From Callorhinchus milii (taxonomy: Eukaryota): a DNA stretch of 64,000 bases. Position 1 is the stretch's first letter. The number at the start of each line of letters is the position of its first letter. The notes beneath the pieces are model-generated. The model ran no database searches and was not told where the DNA came from. It was given only the letters and a program-made list of their open reading frames with translations. The position numbers were made by a program, and so were the translations under genes. Positions 24,801-36,800 of the stretch are shown piece after piece. The DNA lies in contig NW_024704743.1 in NCBI RefSeq assembly GCF_018977255.1, positions 12,030,001 through 12,094,000 of the forward strand, written 5' to 3'.

Positions 24801-27800
24801 GGAGGTTTACAGTACTGGAGGAAGCCATTCCTCTGTGTCAGTAGGTTGTGGGTTCAACCCGCACATGGGTTCAACCGGGTATCTGACATATGTGCGAAAT
24901 CCATACTTAAGAGTATCCAAGCCAAACTGAGAATTCCTTGCATCCCACCTACACATGGAAATCCGAGAGATAGATTGTTGGAATGGAATGGAATGTGCAC
25001 TCTCTCCCTGGAGGGATGCATCCTGGTTACCTAATTCCAGAGTATTAGTATTAGTTTACTATTAGTTACAGGCTAGCAAAAGTCAGAGTCTGCATTGGGG
25101 TGATGCTGGAGTCTAACTAGCTAAAACCACGCAGCAGGATTTTACTGTAAAGCGATGTACGGTCCGTAATTTGGGGTTGCCGTTTATTTCACATTGTCTG
25201 AATTTTAAAACCAAATAATAATAATCCTTGCATTTGATATAGTGCCACTGTTCAAAAAATCTAGCTCGTTCAAAACTCTACTGCCCGCATACTGACCTGG
25301 ATCGAACTCTGTATCCACATCTCACCAGTTCTGGCCAGGCTCCACTGGCTCCCCATCACTGACTTCAAGATCCTCACACTTGTGTTCAAATCCATTCACT
25401 CCCTAACACCTCCCTACCTCTCCGACCTCCTCACTCCCCAATCCACAACCCGGTGCCTCCCCTCGACTGGCTCCGGCCTCCTGCTCGTCCCTTGTATCCT
25501 CCGCCCCACCATTGGAGGAAGCACTGGCTCCCCATCACTGACTTCAAGATCCTCACAAGTGTGAGGATCTTGAAGTCAGTGATGGGGAGCCAGTGGAGCC
25601 TGGCCAGAACTGGTGAGATGTGGATACAGAGTTCGATCCAGGTCAGTATGCGGGCAGTAGAGTTCTGATTGAGCTGAATCTTGTGAATGGTGGAGCTGGG
25701 GAGACCGGTGAGGACTGTGTTTGAGTAATCCAGGCGGGAGGTGACAAACGCAGGCACGAGGGTTTCGGCTGCATTTGGGATAAGGTACGGTCGGAGGTGG
25801 GCAATGTGGTGGAGGGGGAAGAAGGCAGTCTTGGTTGGGGACCAGATGTGGGCAGGAAGGACAGCTGGAGGTCGAACCATACGCCTAGATTATGCACTAG
25901 GTTGATGACTCTGAGGTGGATCCCAGGGAGGTTGAGGAGTTTAGATCCGCAGGAGTGACGAGAGCCAAGTAGTATGGCTTCGTCTTGTCCACATTCACCT
26001 GCAGGAAGGTTGCACTCATCCAGGCCTTGATGTCTGCCAGACAAGCTGATAGAACATCGGTGGACCTGGAATTGGTACTGGAGGAGGCAATAGATTTGTG
26101 TGTCATCTGCATACATGTGGAAGTTTACCCCGTGTCTATGGATGACATCACCCAGAGGGAGCATATAGATAAAGAAAAGAAAGGGGCCAAAGATGGAGCC
26201 CTGGGGTACCCCACAAGTGACCGGGCTGAGGCGGAAGGAGAAACCATTTGCTGAGATGAAGTGGAGGCAGTTGGTTAAATAGGCCTCAAACCATGTGAGT
26301 GCGGTCCCACAAAGGTGGATGAAGGAGGAGAGCCAATGGAGGAGGATGGCGTGGTCGACTGTATCGAATGTGGCAGAGAGATTCAAGAGAAAAAGGAGGC
26401 AGAGGGTGCCCTGGTCACAAATAGAGAGAATGTTGTTTGTGACTTTGACAAGGACTGTCTCTGTGCTGTGGGCAGGGCCAAATAATAATAATAATAATAA
26501 TCCTTGCATTTGATATAGCGCTTTTCACGTCTTCTAGACGTCCCAAAGCGCTTCACAGAATATACTGTAAAGTGAATTGACTGTATATTTGTGGGCGAAC
26601 GCGGCAACCAATTGCACACAGTAATGTCCCACAAACAGTCGTAGATTGAAAATGACCAATTTATTATTATTATTTTTTTTGGAGGGATTATTATTAGGCT
26701 CTGTGTGGAGTAAGGAAACTTGCCCAAGGTTTCGCCCTCTGCTTGGAATTGAACTCAGGTCTCTCGCTTGCAAAGTGAGTGCTCTAACCACTGAGCTACA
26801 GGACACCTCCATTGAGCTACATGACAAAACTAGACAGAGGGTTTTGAGGAGGGAGTGGAGGGAGGGTGTGACCGAAGTTGACCTGCAACAATGCGTTCCA
26901 GGACTTTGGCAAGGAATGGCAGGTTGGAGATGGGACGGTAGTGTGAGAGATTAGAGGGATTGAGGGTGGTTTTTTTGAGGAGGGGTGTGATAGTAGTGGT
27001 TTTCAGGGGCAGTGGAACAGAGCCTGAGGAGAGAGACTGGTTGACCGTGTCGGCCAATAGTGGGGAGAGAAGGGAGAGTTAGTGACCAGCAGCTGGGTGG
27101 GGAGAGGATCCAGGCAGATGTGGTGAACTTCATCCGGGTGGTTGTGATTGAGAGGGAGGAGGGAGAAATGGGGACAAAGGAGTATAGGAGGGGGAGCGGC
27201 AGGAGCCGTGGCAGGGGAGAATGCGGTGTGGATGGTCTGGATGGGGTGGAAGGGGACATGGGTGGGGGTGGGGAGCACGGTGCAGCCAAGCCGATGTTTT
27301 AAATCTTTGAGGCGAACAGTCTAGCACCTCTTCGCACTTATTGTTTGATGTGAGGATAGAGGGGACTTAAGGGGGTGCACGGAGGAGGTGATGGATGGTG
27401 GAAAACAGCGTCTTTGTGTTGTTTTTGGCCTCCAGAATGACTGGAGTAAAAGTCAGTTTTGACCTGTGAAAGGGGAGGCAGTGGGTGAGGAGGTGCTCGA
27501 GCCACAGCTGCTCAAACACTGAACTACAGGACTCCATAGCGAAGCCTTCTCTACTGAAACAACAACAAGATTACATTTGTATAGTGCCTTTCATGTCAGG
27601 AGGACGTCTCAAGGTGCTGAAACGAATCATGGAGGAAACTGATTCCCATTCCCTCACCTCAACAGTAAATGTCTGTTACTAATTTTTTATATACAGATCA
27701 ACAAATGCAATTTCTCCACATTTGGGTTCCCAGTGAGCCATATGTGGCTAACGGCTAACGTATTGGTTTCGCCCTCTGCTTGGAATTGAACTCAGGTCTC

Positions 27801-30800
27801 TCGCTTGCAAAGTGAGTGCTCTAACCACTGAGCTACAGGACACCTCCATTGAGCTACATGACAAAACTAGACAGAGGTTTTGGAGGAGGGAGTGGAGGAG
27901 GGTGTGACCGAAGTTGACCTGCAACAATGCGTTCCAGGACTTTGGCAAGGAATGGCAGGTTGGAGATGGACGGTAGTGTGAGAGATTAGAGGGATTGAGG
28001 TGGTTTTTTGAGGAGGGGTGTGATAGAGTGGTTTTCAGGGGCAGTGGAACAGAGCCTGAGGAGAGAGACTGGTTGACCGTGTCGGCCAATAGTGGGGAGA
28101 GAAGGGAGAGTTAGTGACCAGCAGCTGGGTGGGGAGAGGATCCAGGCAGCATGTGGTGAACTTCATCCGGGTGGTTGTGATTGAGAGGGAGGAGGGAGAA
28201 ATGGGGACAAAGGAGTATAAGGAGGGGGGAGCGGCAGGAGCCGTGGCAGAGGGAGAATGCGGTGTGGATGGTCTGGATGGGGTGGAAGGGGACATGGGTG
28301 GGGGGGTGGGGAGCACGGTGCAGCCAAGCCGATGTTTTAAATCTTTGAGGCGAACAAGTCTAGCACCTCTTCGCACTTATTGTTTGATGTGAGGATAGAG
28401 GGGACTTAAGGGGGTGCACGGAGGAGGTGATGGATGGTGGAAAACAGCGTCTTTGTGTTGTTTTTGGCCTCCAGAATGACTGGAGTAAAAGTCAGTTTTG
28501 ACCTGTGAAAGGGGGAGGCAGTGGGTGAGGAGGTGCTCGAGCCACAGCTGCTCAAACACTGAACTACAGGACTCCATAAGCGAAGCCTTCTCTACTGAAA
28601 CAACAACAAGATTACATTTGTATAGTGCCTTTCATGTCAGGAGGACGTCTCAAGGTGCTGAAACGAATCATGGAGGAAACTGATTCCCATTCCCTCACCT
28701 CAACAGTAAATGTCTGTTACTAATTTTTTATATACAGATCAACAAATGCAATTTCTCCACATTTGGGTTCCCAGTGAGCCATATGTGGCTAACGGCTAAC
28801 GTATTGGACCACCCTGCTGTAATGAGAGGACGGTAGGTGGGAAGGATGAGATCAATTAAGCTGAAGGACCTTCTTCATCCAAACCTCTCGTGTAATCTTA
28901 TTGTGTGCAATTAGCAGCCGCGTTCTACCCACAAAATATACTTAACATTCACTCTTAATGTTTAATGCTATTTGAGACATCTCAATAACGTGATAAGGCA
29001 CTATATCAACAACAAATTACATTTGTAAAGCTCCATTGAGAGGGCATGAAAGGCTTAAATGCAAGGATTATTATTATTGGATATTGTTTGATATGTGGGT
29101 TCGGTTTACATCTATACCCTTTAGGGTCATAAACATTTCAGTAAGATATTTAGCATGGAGATCAACTGAAAGATATGAGACAACAATAATTTGCATTTAT
29201 ATCCCTTCACCTGGGGTAGCGTGACAAAGATGAGGTAGAGGAAATTTGTAGCGGACATAGATTTAAGATAGTCACAACAAGAACGAAAGGGGAGCTTAGA
29301 GTTTTTTTTCACACAGAGAGATGTTTGGACCGGGAATGCCCTGCCATGGAAGGTATTAGAGGCAGAGTCTATTGTGGATTTAAAGAGGGAAGCAGACAAG
29401 TATGGAAAAATAGAGGCTTGTGATTGGGATCTGGGGATAGGGCAGGATGGTGGGACTTTATTCTGAGAGAAGCTGCATTCTCGATGGGCTGAATGACCTC
29501 CTTTGGCTTGCTGCTTCGATCCCTCTGCCTTGCCCCCACTTTGCCCGTCTTCAGATCACACCTGAGACTTCCCTCTTCACCCATACCTACGGTCTCCCCC
29601 TTCTCTATGGCTCAGCATCAAACTACACCATTGGAGTCCCATACTGCAGTGCTTGACTCGAAAGTGAGAGGACCTAGATTTTATTCCAGGCAGGACAAAA
29701 CCTTAGGAAAGTTTCCTTACTCCACATACCTCTGTTTACCAACAATAAGTGGGATCCAGGTTATGAGTCAATTGGCGGATTGCTTTCCGGGGGTAATAAT
29801 TCCTCAACAAAAAATTGGGTCACTCAATCCAAGGCATTTTATGGGACACTTCTGTGCACAATTGGCTGCTGCGTTTTGTCCACAAAATATACAGTCAATT
29901 CACTTTATAGTATATTCGTTGAGACATCAAGGTGCTATATCAAATGCAAATAATCAAATTATTACTGTTGTTGTTTAGCGCTCCACGATGCCACCCCGAG
30001 TGAAGAAGAAGAACAACAACAACTTGGATTTATATAGCGCCCTCCATGCCGGACGGCGTCTCAGAGCGCTTTACAGTAACAGATCCTGGGACCGAGCCAG
30101 GGGGAGGGGGAGGAAGATGACCAAAGGGGTGGTTGAAAAGAAAGGTCTTCAGCAGAGACCTGAAAATGGGAAGGGAGGGAGCGAGACAAAGGGAGTGAGG
30201 AAGGGAGTTCCAGAGCCTCGGGGCACAGTGGCTGAAGGGTGCTATATAAATGCAAGTTGTTGTTTTTAATTTCTATGAATCTCAAGGCTGAAATTGTGAA
30301 GTCTTGTGAAGGTTATAAAGTTCTTTGAAGAATGAGGAACGAGAGAGCTGCATCTCTGGGCCTTTGAGTGATGCATTGGATGTCAAAAAGTTGTCCAAGC
30401 ATGGATGGCCGTTCCGATTAGCAGAGCTTGAAGCTGAGCCATGCTCTTAGTGATGCAGTAAAGCCTGTCTTTATTTCTCCTTCCTCCTCTCCCCCAGGTG
30501 TGTCTGCTGCCTGCAGTGTGGGTCAACCTTGCCTGGATTCAAGTGTGAATGGCAGAACAATTATGCACAGTGTTCGCCTTGTGCAAGTCTGGCCACCTGC
30601 CCGGTCTGTGGCAAGAACTACAGGGAGGAGGAGATTATCATCCAGTGCAGACAGTGTGACAGGTAATATACTTTGACTCGCATCGACTGCACTCAGCTGC
30701 AAAGTCTTGGGACAAATTAACTGATTCACTAATGAGCGCATATTCTAATTACATACATCATGAACCACATCCACTCTTAAAGTGCTATCTGGAGGCGATC

Positions 30801-33800
30801 GATCCAGTGAGATGTGCCACTACAGTCTTACTCTGCTCTATAATATAATACTAATCCCTACATTTGATATAGGCCTTATCACGTCTTCGAGACATCTCAA
30901 ATTGCTTCACAGAATATACTGTAAATGTATACTTTACTGTATATTTTGTGGGCGAAACGCGGCAGTGCTCTGAATGACTGAGCGAGTAAGCGATTGAATG
31001 CAAAATAATTCTCACGAATGTCACTATGTGTCTCACGCAGCCTTGTTCAGAATTCTTTTCTCTGTTCCTCCTGGAAGTGATAATGTTAAGATTTTTTTTA
31101 AAAAAAATGAAAAGTATTTAACATTCTGTAACACAACCAGTGAAACATGAAAAGGGGAAGGCGTGAGAGCACATTGAATGTCCCTTATCGTGGCTCTTTC
31201 AACATAATTTATAATACAACTTGGGTTTGTATAGCTTTTTACATCTCAAGGCACTTTATCAAATGGAAGGACTTGAGGTGAACAGGCTAATTAATCTGCA
31301 ACTTTCTCTTCTAAACCTTCCTGTCCTTTCATATATTAATGGTACTATCCTGCCGGGAAGAGTGGTGCGAGGGAGCTGAACTGGCTTCAAGGCTTGGCAA
31401 CGCAATGTAGGAATCAAGCAACCCCCAACTGTCTTTAGTCTGGTTCCTGATCCACGCTTTCAGTGCATCCCGGCTTGACTACGCCAACTGCCTGCTCGCT
31501 GGATTTCCCAACTCTTTCCTCCACAAGCTGCAGATTATTCAAACTTTGCAGCTTGTGTCCTCTTCCGCAACAGGCTCCGCGAACCGATCACCCCCGTTCT
31601 TGCCCGGCTTCACTAGCTCCCCATCCCTCAGAGAATCGAGTACAAAACCCTCATTCTCACCTTCAGAGCTCCCCATGGTCTTGCTCCCCTCTACCTCTCC
31701 GACCTGCTAACCCCATATCAGCCTGTCCATTCTCTCCGCTTGGCAGACACCAGCCTGCTTCAGGTGGTTGGGCATTCAGCATCTCTGCCTCCACACTCTG
31801 GAACTCTATCCAGCAATCTCTCTGCCTAACCCCCTCTCTTGTTACCTTCAAGTCCCATCTAAAGACCTTCCACTTCGACCATGCCTTCAGCCACCCTCTC
31901 ACCCCCACCACCCTGGCCCTCCACCTCTCCTGACCCCAACTCCCAGCTCGGGTACAAAAAACCCTGACTGTCCAGCGCCTTGGGATGTCTTTCCAACGTG
32001 ATACAAGTGTAATATGTTGTTGTTGACACATGCTCCCTACACGGAGGATTAAATGTGTTGCTGAGGATTATATCGCCTCGGAGCTTTTCACAATGAGTAG
32101 GGGAGTGAGCGCAGGTGTAGAGCAAGGGGTAGACAACCATAAGTGGAGCAAAGAGGTAGGTTTTAAGGTGAGATTTAAAGATGGATAAAGAAAGGGGGGA
32201 GTGAGGCAGCGGAGGTTAGAGGTTTCATAGCATTAAAGCTGAGGTTGATAGATTTCTAAAGGATAAGGGATATGGGGATAGGGCAGGTAAATGGAATTAG
32301 GTTAGAAGATCAGCCATAATCTTTTTAAATGGCGGGGCAGGCTCAAGGGGCCGAATGGCTCCTACATCTTATGGTCTTATGGTCTAAGCTGTGCTGCACA
32401 AAAAGGGCCACATATCTATCGCTGTGGAGTCCTGTAGTGTACTGTTGAAGCACTCCGGGATGCTATCCTGCGTGAAGAGCGCTATATAAATGCAAGTTGT
32501 TATTGTAGTGCTCTCATCTCACGAGGGTTCGATTCCCCGCCAGGCTGAAAATTTAGGCAAGTTTGCTTGCTCCACACACCTCTGTTTACCTAGCAGTAAG
32601 TAGGAACCTGGTTGTTAGTCGATTGGCAGATTGCTCTCTGGGGGTAATAATCCCTTCAAAAAAATAAAATAATAATAATTTGGTCACTCAATCCACGACT
32701 GTTTGTGGTATGCAATTGGCTGCCGCATTTCGCCTACAAAATGCACTGTCGATTGACAGTACATTCAATTTACACTACATTCAGTGAAGAGCTTTGAGAC
32801 GTCTCAAGATGATAAGGCGCTATATCAAATGCAAGATTTATTATTATTATCATTGCTTCTGCAAGTAACCCTTGATAAAGAGTTATAAACAGTAAAAACA
32901 AAGGATCTCAGTTATAGTGTGGGTTTGGGGTGAGCAGGCTAATTGATCTGTGATTTCCCCATCCAAGGCTTTCTTTGCTAAATCCCTCCCCGTACACAAT
33001 GCAGGCAGGTGTCTTGTACCACATGAAGGAACTGAGGGCAGCGGTTTAATTGAGAGACTCTCTGACGTCCACCCACCCTGCTCCTCCTGTGGTTTCCTCC
33101 TCCATCAGACTGACTCGCTCAATTATAGCCCCGTGCATCCCTGGCTCATTCATTTCACTTTAATTGACCGCTTCTTAATGACAACACAGGAGGCCAGTGC
33201 TTCTGTTACCCTTTCCTTTAACTCCACTTCGCTCAGTTGTTAATGTTAATAAATAATCTTTTCTTTATTTGCTAGCAGCTGATCAGAGCACACTGCTGTC
33301 TCCTGTCTCTGCACTTTTTAAAAACATTTTTGCAAATAGAGCAATTGAAATAATGCACAAGCATTAAGTATCAGCCACACAGTCACGCACTTTACAGTAT
33401 GAAGTGCTTTGAGATGTGAATTGCATTACACTAGGTGCAAGTATTAGTATTATCTTTACACCTACAATGTAGAACATCTCAAAGCACTTCAGAAAGTTCC
33501 TATCAAGTTCAGTGACTGTATTTTGTAAATGAACACGGCAGCCAATTTGTGCACAGCGATGTCTCATAAACAGCCATGAAGTAAGTCACCAGTTTTATTT
33601 GGGAGATTGTCGGCCAGGACATCGGGAGAGAAAAACTCTTCAAATAGCTCCATGGGAACTTGAACTTGCTCATCCCCCTGAACAGGCAGATAGGACCTCG
33701 GTTTAACGTCTCATCCGAAGGACGGCACCCCTGCAATGCAGCATACCCCCAGTGTCGCTTTGGGGCATCAGCCTCGACTGAATAACTGATAAATCCTTTT

Positions 33801-36800
33801 TTTGTTGAGACCTATATTTTATATCCGGTTGCCTCTCTATGGTAACAGCTACAAAAAAGAAGCACTTACTGAACGTCTTTTCTCTTGGCATTTGTCCCTC
33901 TGTCAGGTGGATGCACGCTTCTTGTCAGAGCCTGACCACAGAGGATGAAGTGGAGGCGGCAGCGGATAGTGGCTTTGATTGTTTCACGTGCAGGCAATAT
34001 GTGCCGACTACCCCAGGTAAGGGGAGAAACTGGAAAATCTCACTCACCCACAAGTCTGGTGAAGATACCCTCTAAAAATAGAGGATTCTGTAAATTACAG
34101 CAATATATGTGTGTGGATTTTTACAAGGATTTTCGATCATGTCTTCCAGGTTTTTTTTTATATCTTTTATTTTTGGGGGTTATTTTTATCCTGGCTATCT
34201 GACACATGCGGAAACCCATCACCATGCCCAAACCAAACCTAAGTTGTGCATGTGTTCGGAGAGTCTAAGGAAGAGCCTGAGAAGGTTGAGTGTCCAAACC
34301 AAACTAAAATTTCCATGCCATCCATGGAAATCCCAGAGATAGATTGCTGAAATGAAATGCAGACACTCTCCCCGGAGGGACCTGCTTACCTAATTCCAGA
34401 AAGTATTAGGCGCAGGTTGTCAAGAGTCAAGGCTTGGGGACCCCAGAGTATGCGTTGTGGTACTGCTGGAGTCTAACCAGCTATACCCGAATAGATTACC
34501 TTTGAGAGCACTGTTTGACAAGCTTTCCCAAAGATTGCTCTCAGTGAGCTAGGACCACACTACCCATCAGAGTTTTGGCTTGCAGGGTTAACAGGAGCTG
34601 AGTGGGACGATGAACCAAATGGCCGCTTGTATATTTAAGGTGCCTCCCATGGACTGGTGTGATGGGGGTATGGAGCTTCAGGCGGGTGAGAATCCAGGCA
34701 GCGGAATTTTTAATTAATAGGATTTTGTGTAAGGTGGAGCTGGGGAGACCAGTGAGGAGGGCATAGAAATAGTCCAGCCGGGAAGTGATCAAGGAGTAGA
34801 CGAGGGTTTCAACTGCGTCGGTTGTGAGGTACAGATGGTGGTGGGCAATATGGCGCAGGTGGAAAAAAGCGGCTCTGGTCAGGGACTGGATGTGTGGTAG
34901 AAAGCAAAACTAGGGATCGAACCTGATACCTAAGTTGTGCATGTGTTCGGAGAGTCTAAGGAAGAGCCTGGGAAGGTTGAGGTGTTCAGACCCACAGGAG
35001 AGAAGCCAAAGATTATGGCTTCCGTCTTGCAGACATTCAACTGCAGGAAATATGTGTTCATCCAGGCCTTGCTGTCCGCCAAACAATCTGACAGGACGTC
35101 AGTGGACTGGGAGTCACAGGTGGAGGAGAGAAGTAGATTTGGATGTCATCCGCATACATGTGGAAGTTGACCCCATGTCTGTGGATGACATTGCCGAGAG
35201 GAAGCATGTAGATGAGGAAAAGGAGGAATAAACATTGGCCGAAATGAAGTGCTGCCGGTTGGTTAAATAGGCCTCGAACCATGCGAGTGTGGTCCCATTA
35301 AAGCACTTACCTGCCCGTACCCTCCATTCCTCTGGCTCCGGTCTGCTCCACATCCCCAGCTCTAACCACTTACTGTCGGTGGCCGGGCTTTCAGCCTCTC
35401 AGCCCCTAGGCTCTGGAACTCCATCCCCCAGTGCCTTCGCCTTGCTTCCTCCCTTTCCTCCTTCAAGGCCGGTCTCAAGACCTTTCTCTTCAACCGTGCC
35501 TTCACCTCCCCTCTCGACTCTTACCCCCTCCTCACTCCCTCCCTTCCCTCCCCTCACACTGACCATTTCCCCCCTGCTCAGGTACCGACCCAATTGTCCA
35601 GTGCCTTGGGACGTCCTCCCAACGTGAAAGGCGCTCTATAAATGCAATCATGTTGTTGTTGTTGAGGAGAGGCGGTGGAGGAAGATGGCGCGGTCAACTG
35701 TGTCGACGGTTTTCTGAGGGCAGTGCATTCCACATTGTCCCGCTTCTCCCCCTCACACACACACACACATACCTGCCAGAATCCCACTGTCCCATCAGTA
35801 TTGGTCACAATCTGACATTGAAGAAGCCTCAATCCCTCCACCTCACCCCCACCACCTCCATCATAACTTCACCATGTGAGACACTATTCTGCGTGAAGGA
35901 AATTGTATAACAGCAAGTTGTTGTAAATGTGATTGGAACATAGGAATTAGGAGCAGGAGTAGGCCATTCGGCCCTCCGAGCCTGCCCCGCCATTCAATAA
36001 GATTGTGGCTGATCTTCTAACCTAACTCCATCTGCCCGCCTTATCCCCATATCCCTTAATCCCTCTATCCTTTAGAAGTCTATCAACCTCAGTCTTGAAT
36101 ATGTTCAGGGACTGAGCATCTACAGCCTTCTGGGGTAGAAAATTCCATAAATTCACTACCCTCTGAGTGAAGAAGTGTTTCTTCAACTCTGTTCGAAAAG
36201 GCTGACCCTTAATCTTAAGACTGTGACCCCTAGTTCTAGATTCTCCTACCAGGGGAAACAGTCTCACATTGTCTACTCTGTGAAGCCCCATAAGAATCTT
36301 ATATGTTTCTATAAGATCATCCCTAATTCTTCTATATTCTAGGGAATATTGGCCTAGTTTACTCAACCTCCTCATAGGTCAACCCCCTCATCCCAGGAAC
36401 TAACCTAGCGAATCTACGCTGCACCCCCTCTAAGGCGAGTATGTCCTTTCTTAAATAAGGAGACCAAAACTGCACACAATATTCGGTCTCACCAAGGCCT
36501 TATACAACTGCAGCAAGACTTCCCTACTCTTGTACTCTAACCCTTTTGCAATAAACGCCAACATGCCATTAGCCTTCCTAGCTGCTTGCTGTACCTGCAT
36601 ACTGACTTTTTGTGACTGGTATACAAGGACACCCAAATCTCTCTGAACACTAAGGGGGCCAGAGCAGGGTACAAAGATAGCATGATACTTGCAGTGTTTA
36701 GCTTTGAGTGGAATTGTGAAATGTTCCTCTTCTCTTTGACTGTGCCTTCAGCTCCCCTCTCGACTCTCTACCCCCTCCTCGCTCCCTCCCTTCCCTCCCC

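Noticed and set aside
35663..35745. CpG-rich AAGATGGCG segment resembling a gene start
   Set aside because: Very short, abuts an L2 tail, and has no recognisable ORF or splice partner.
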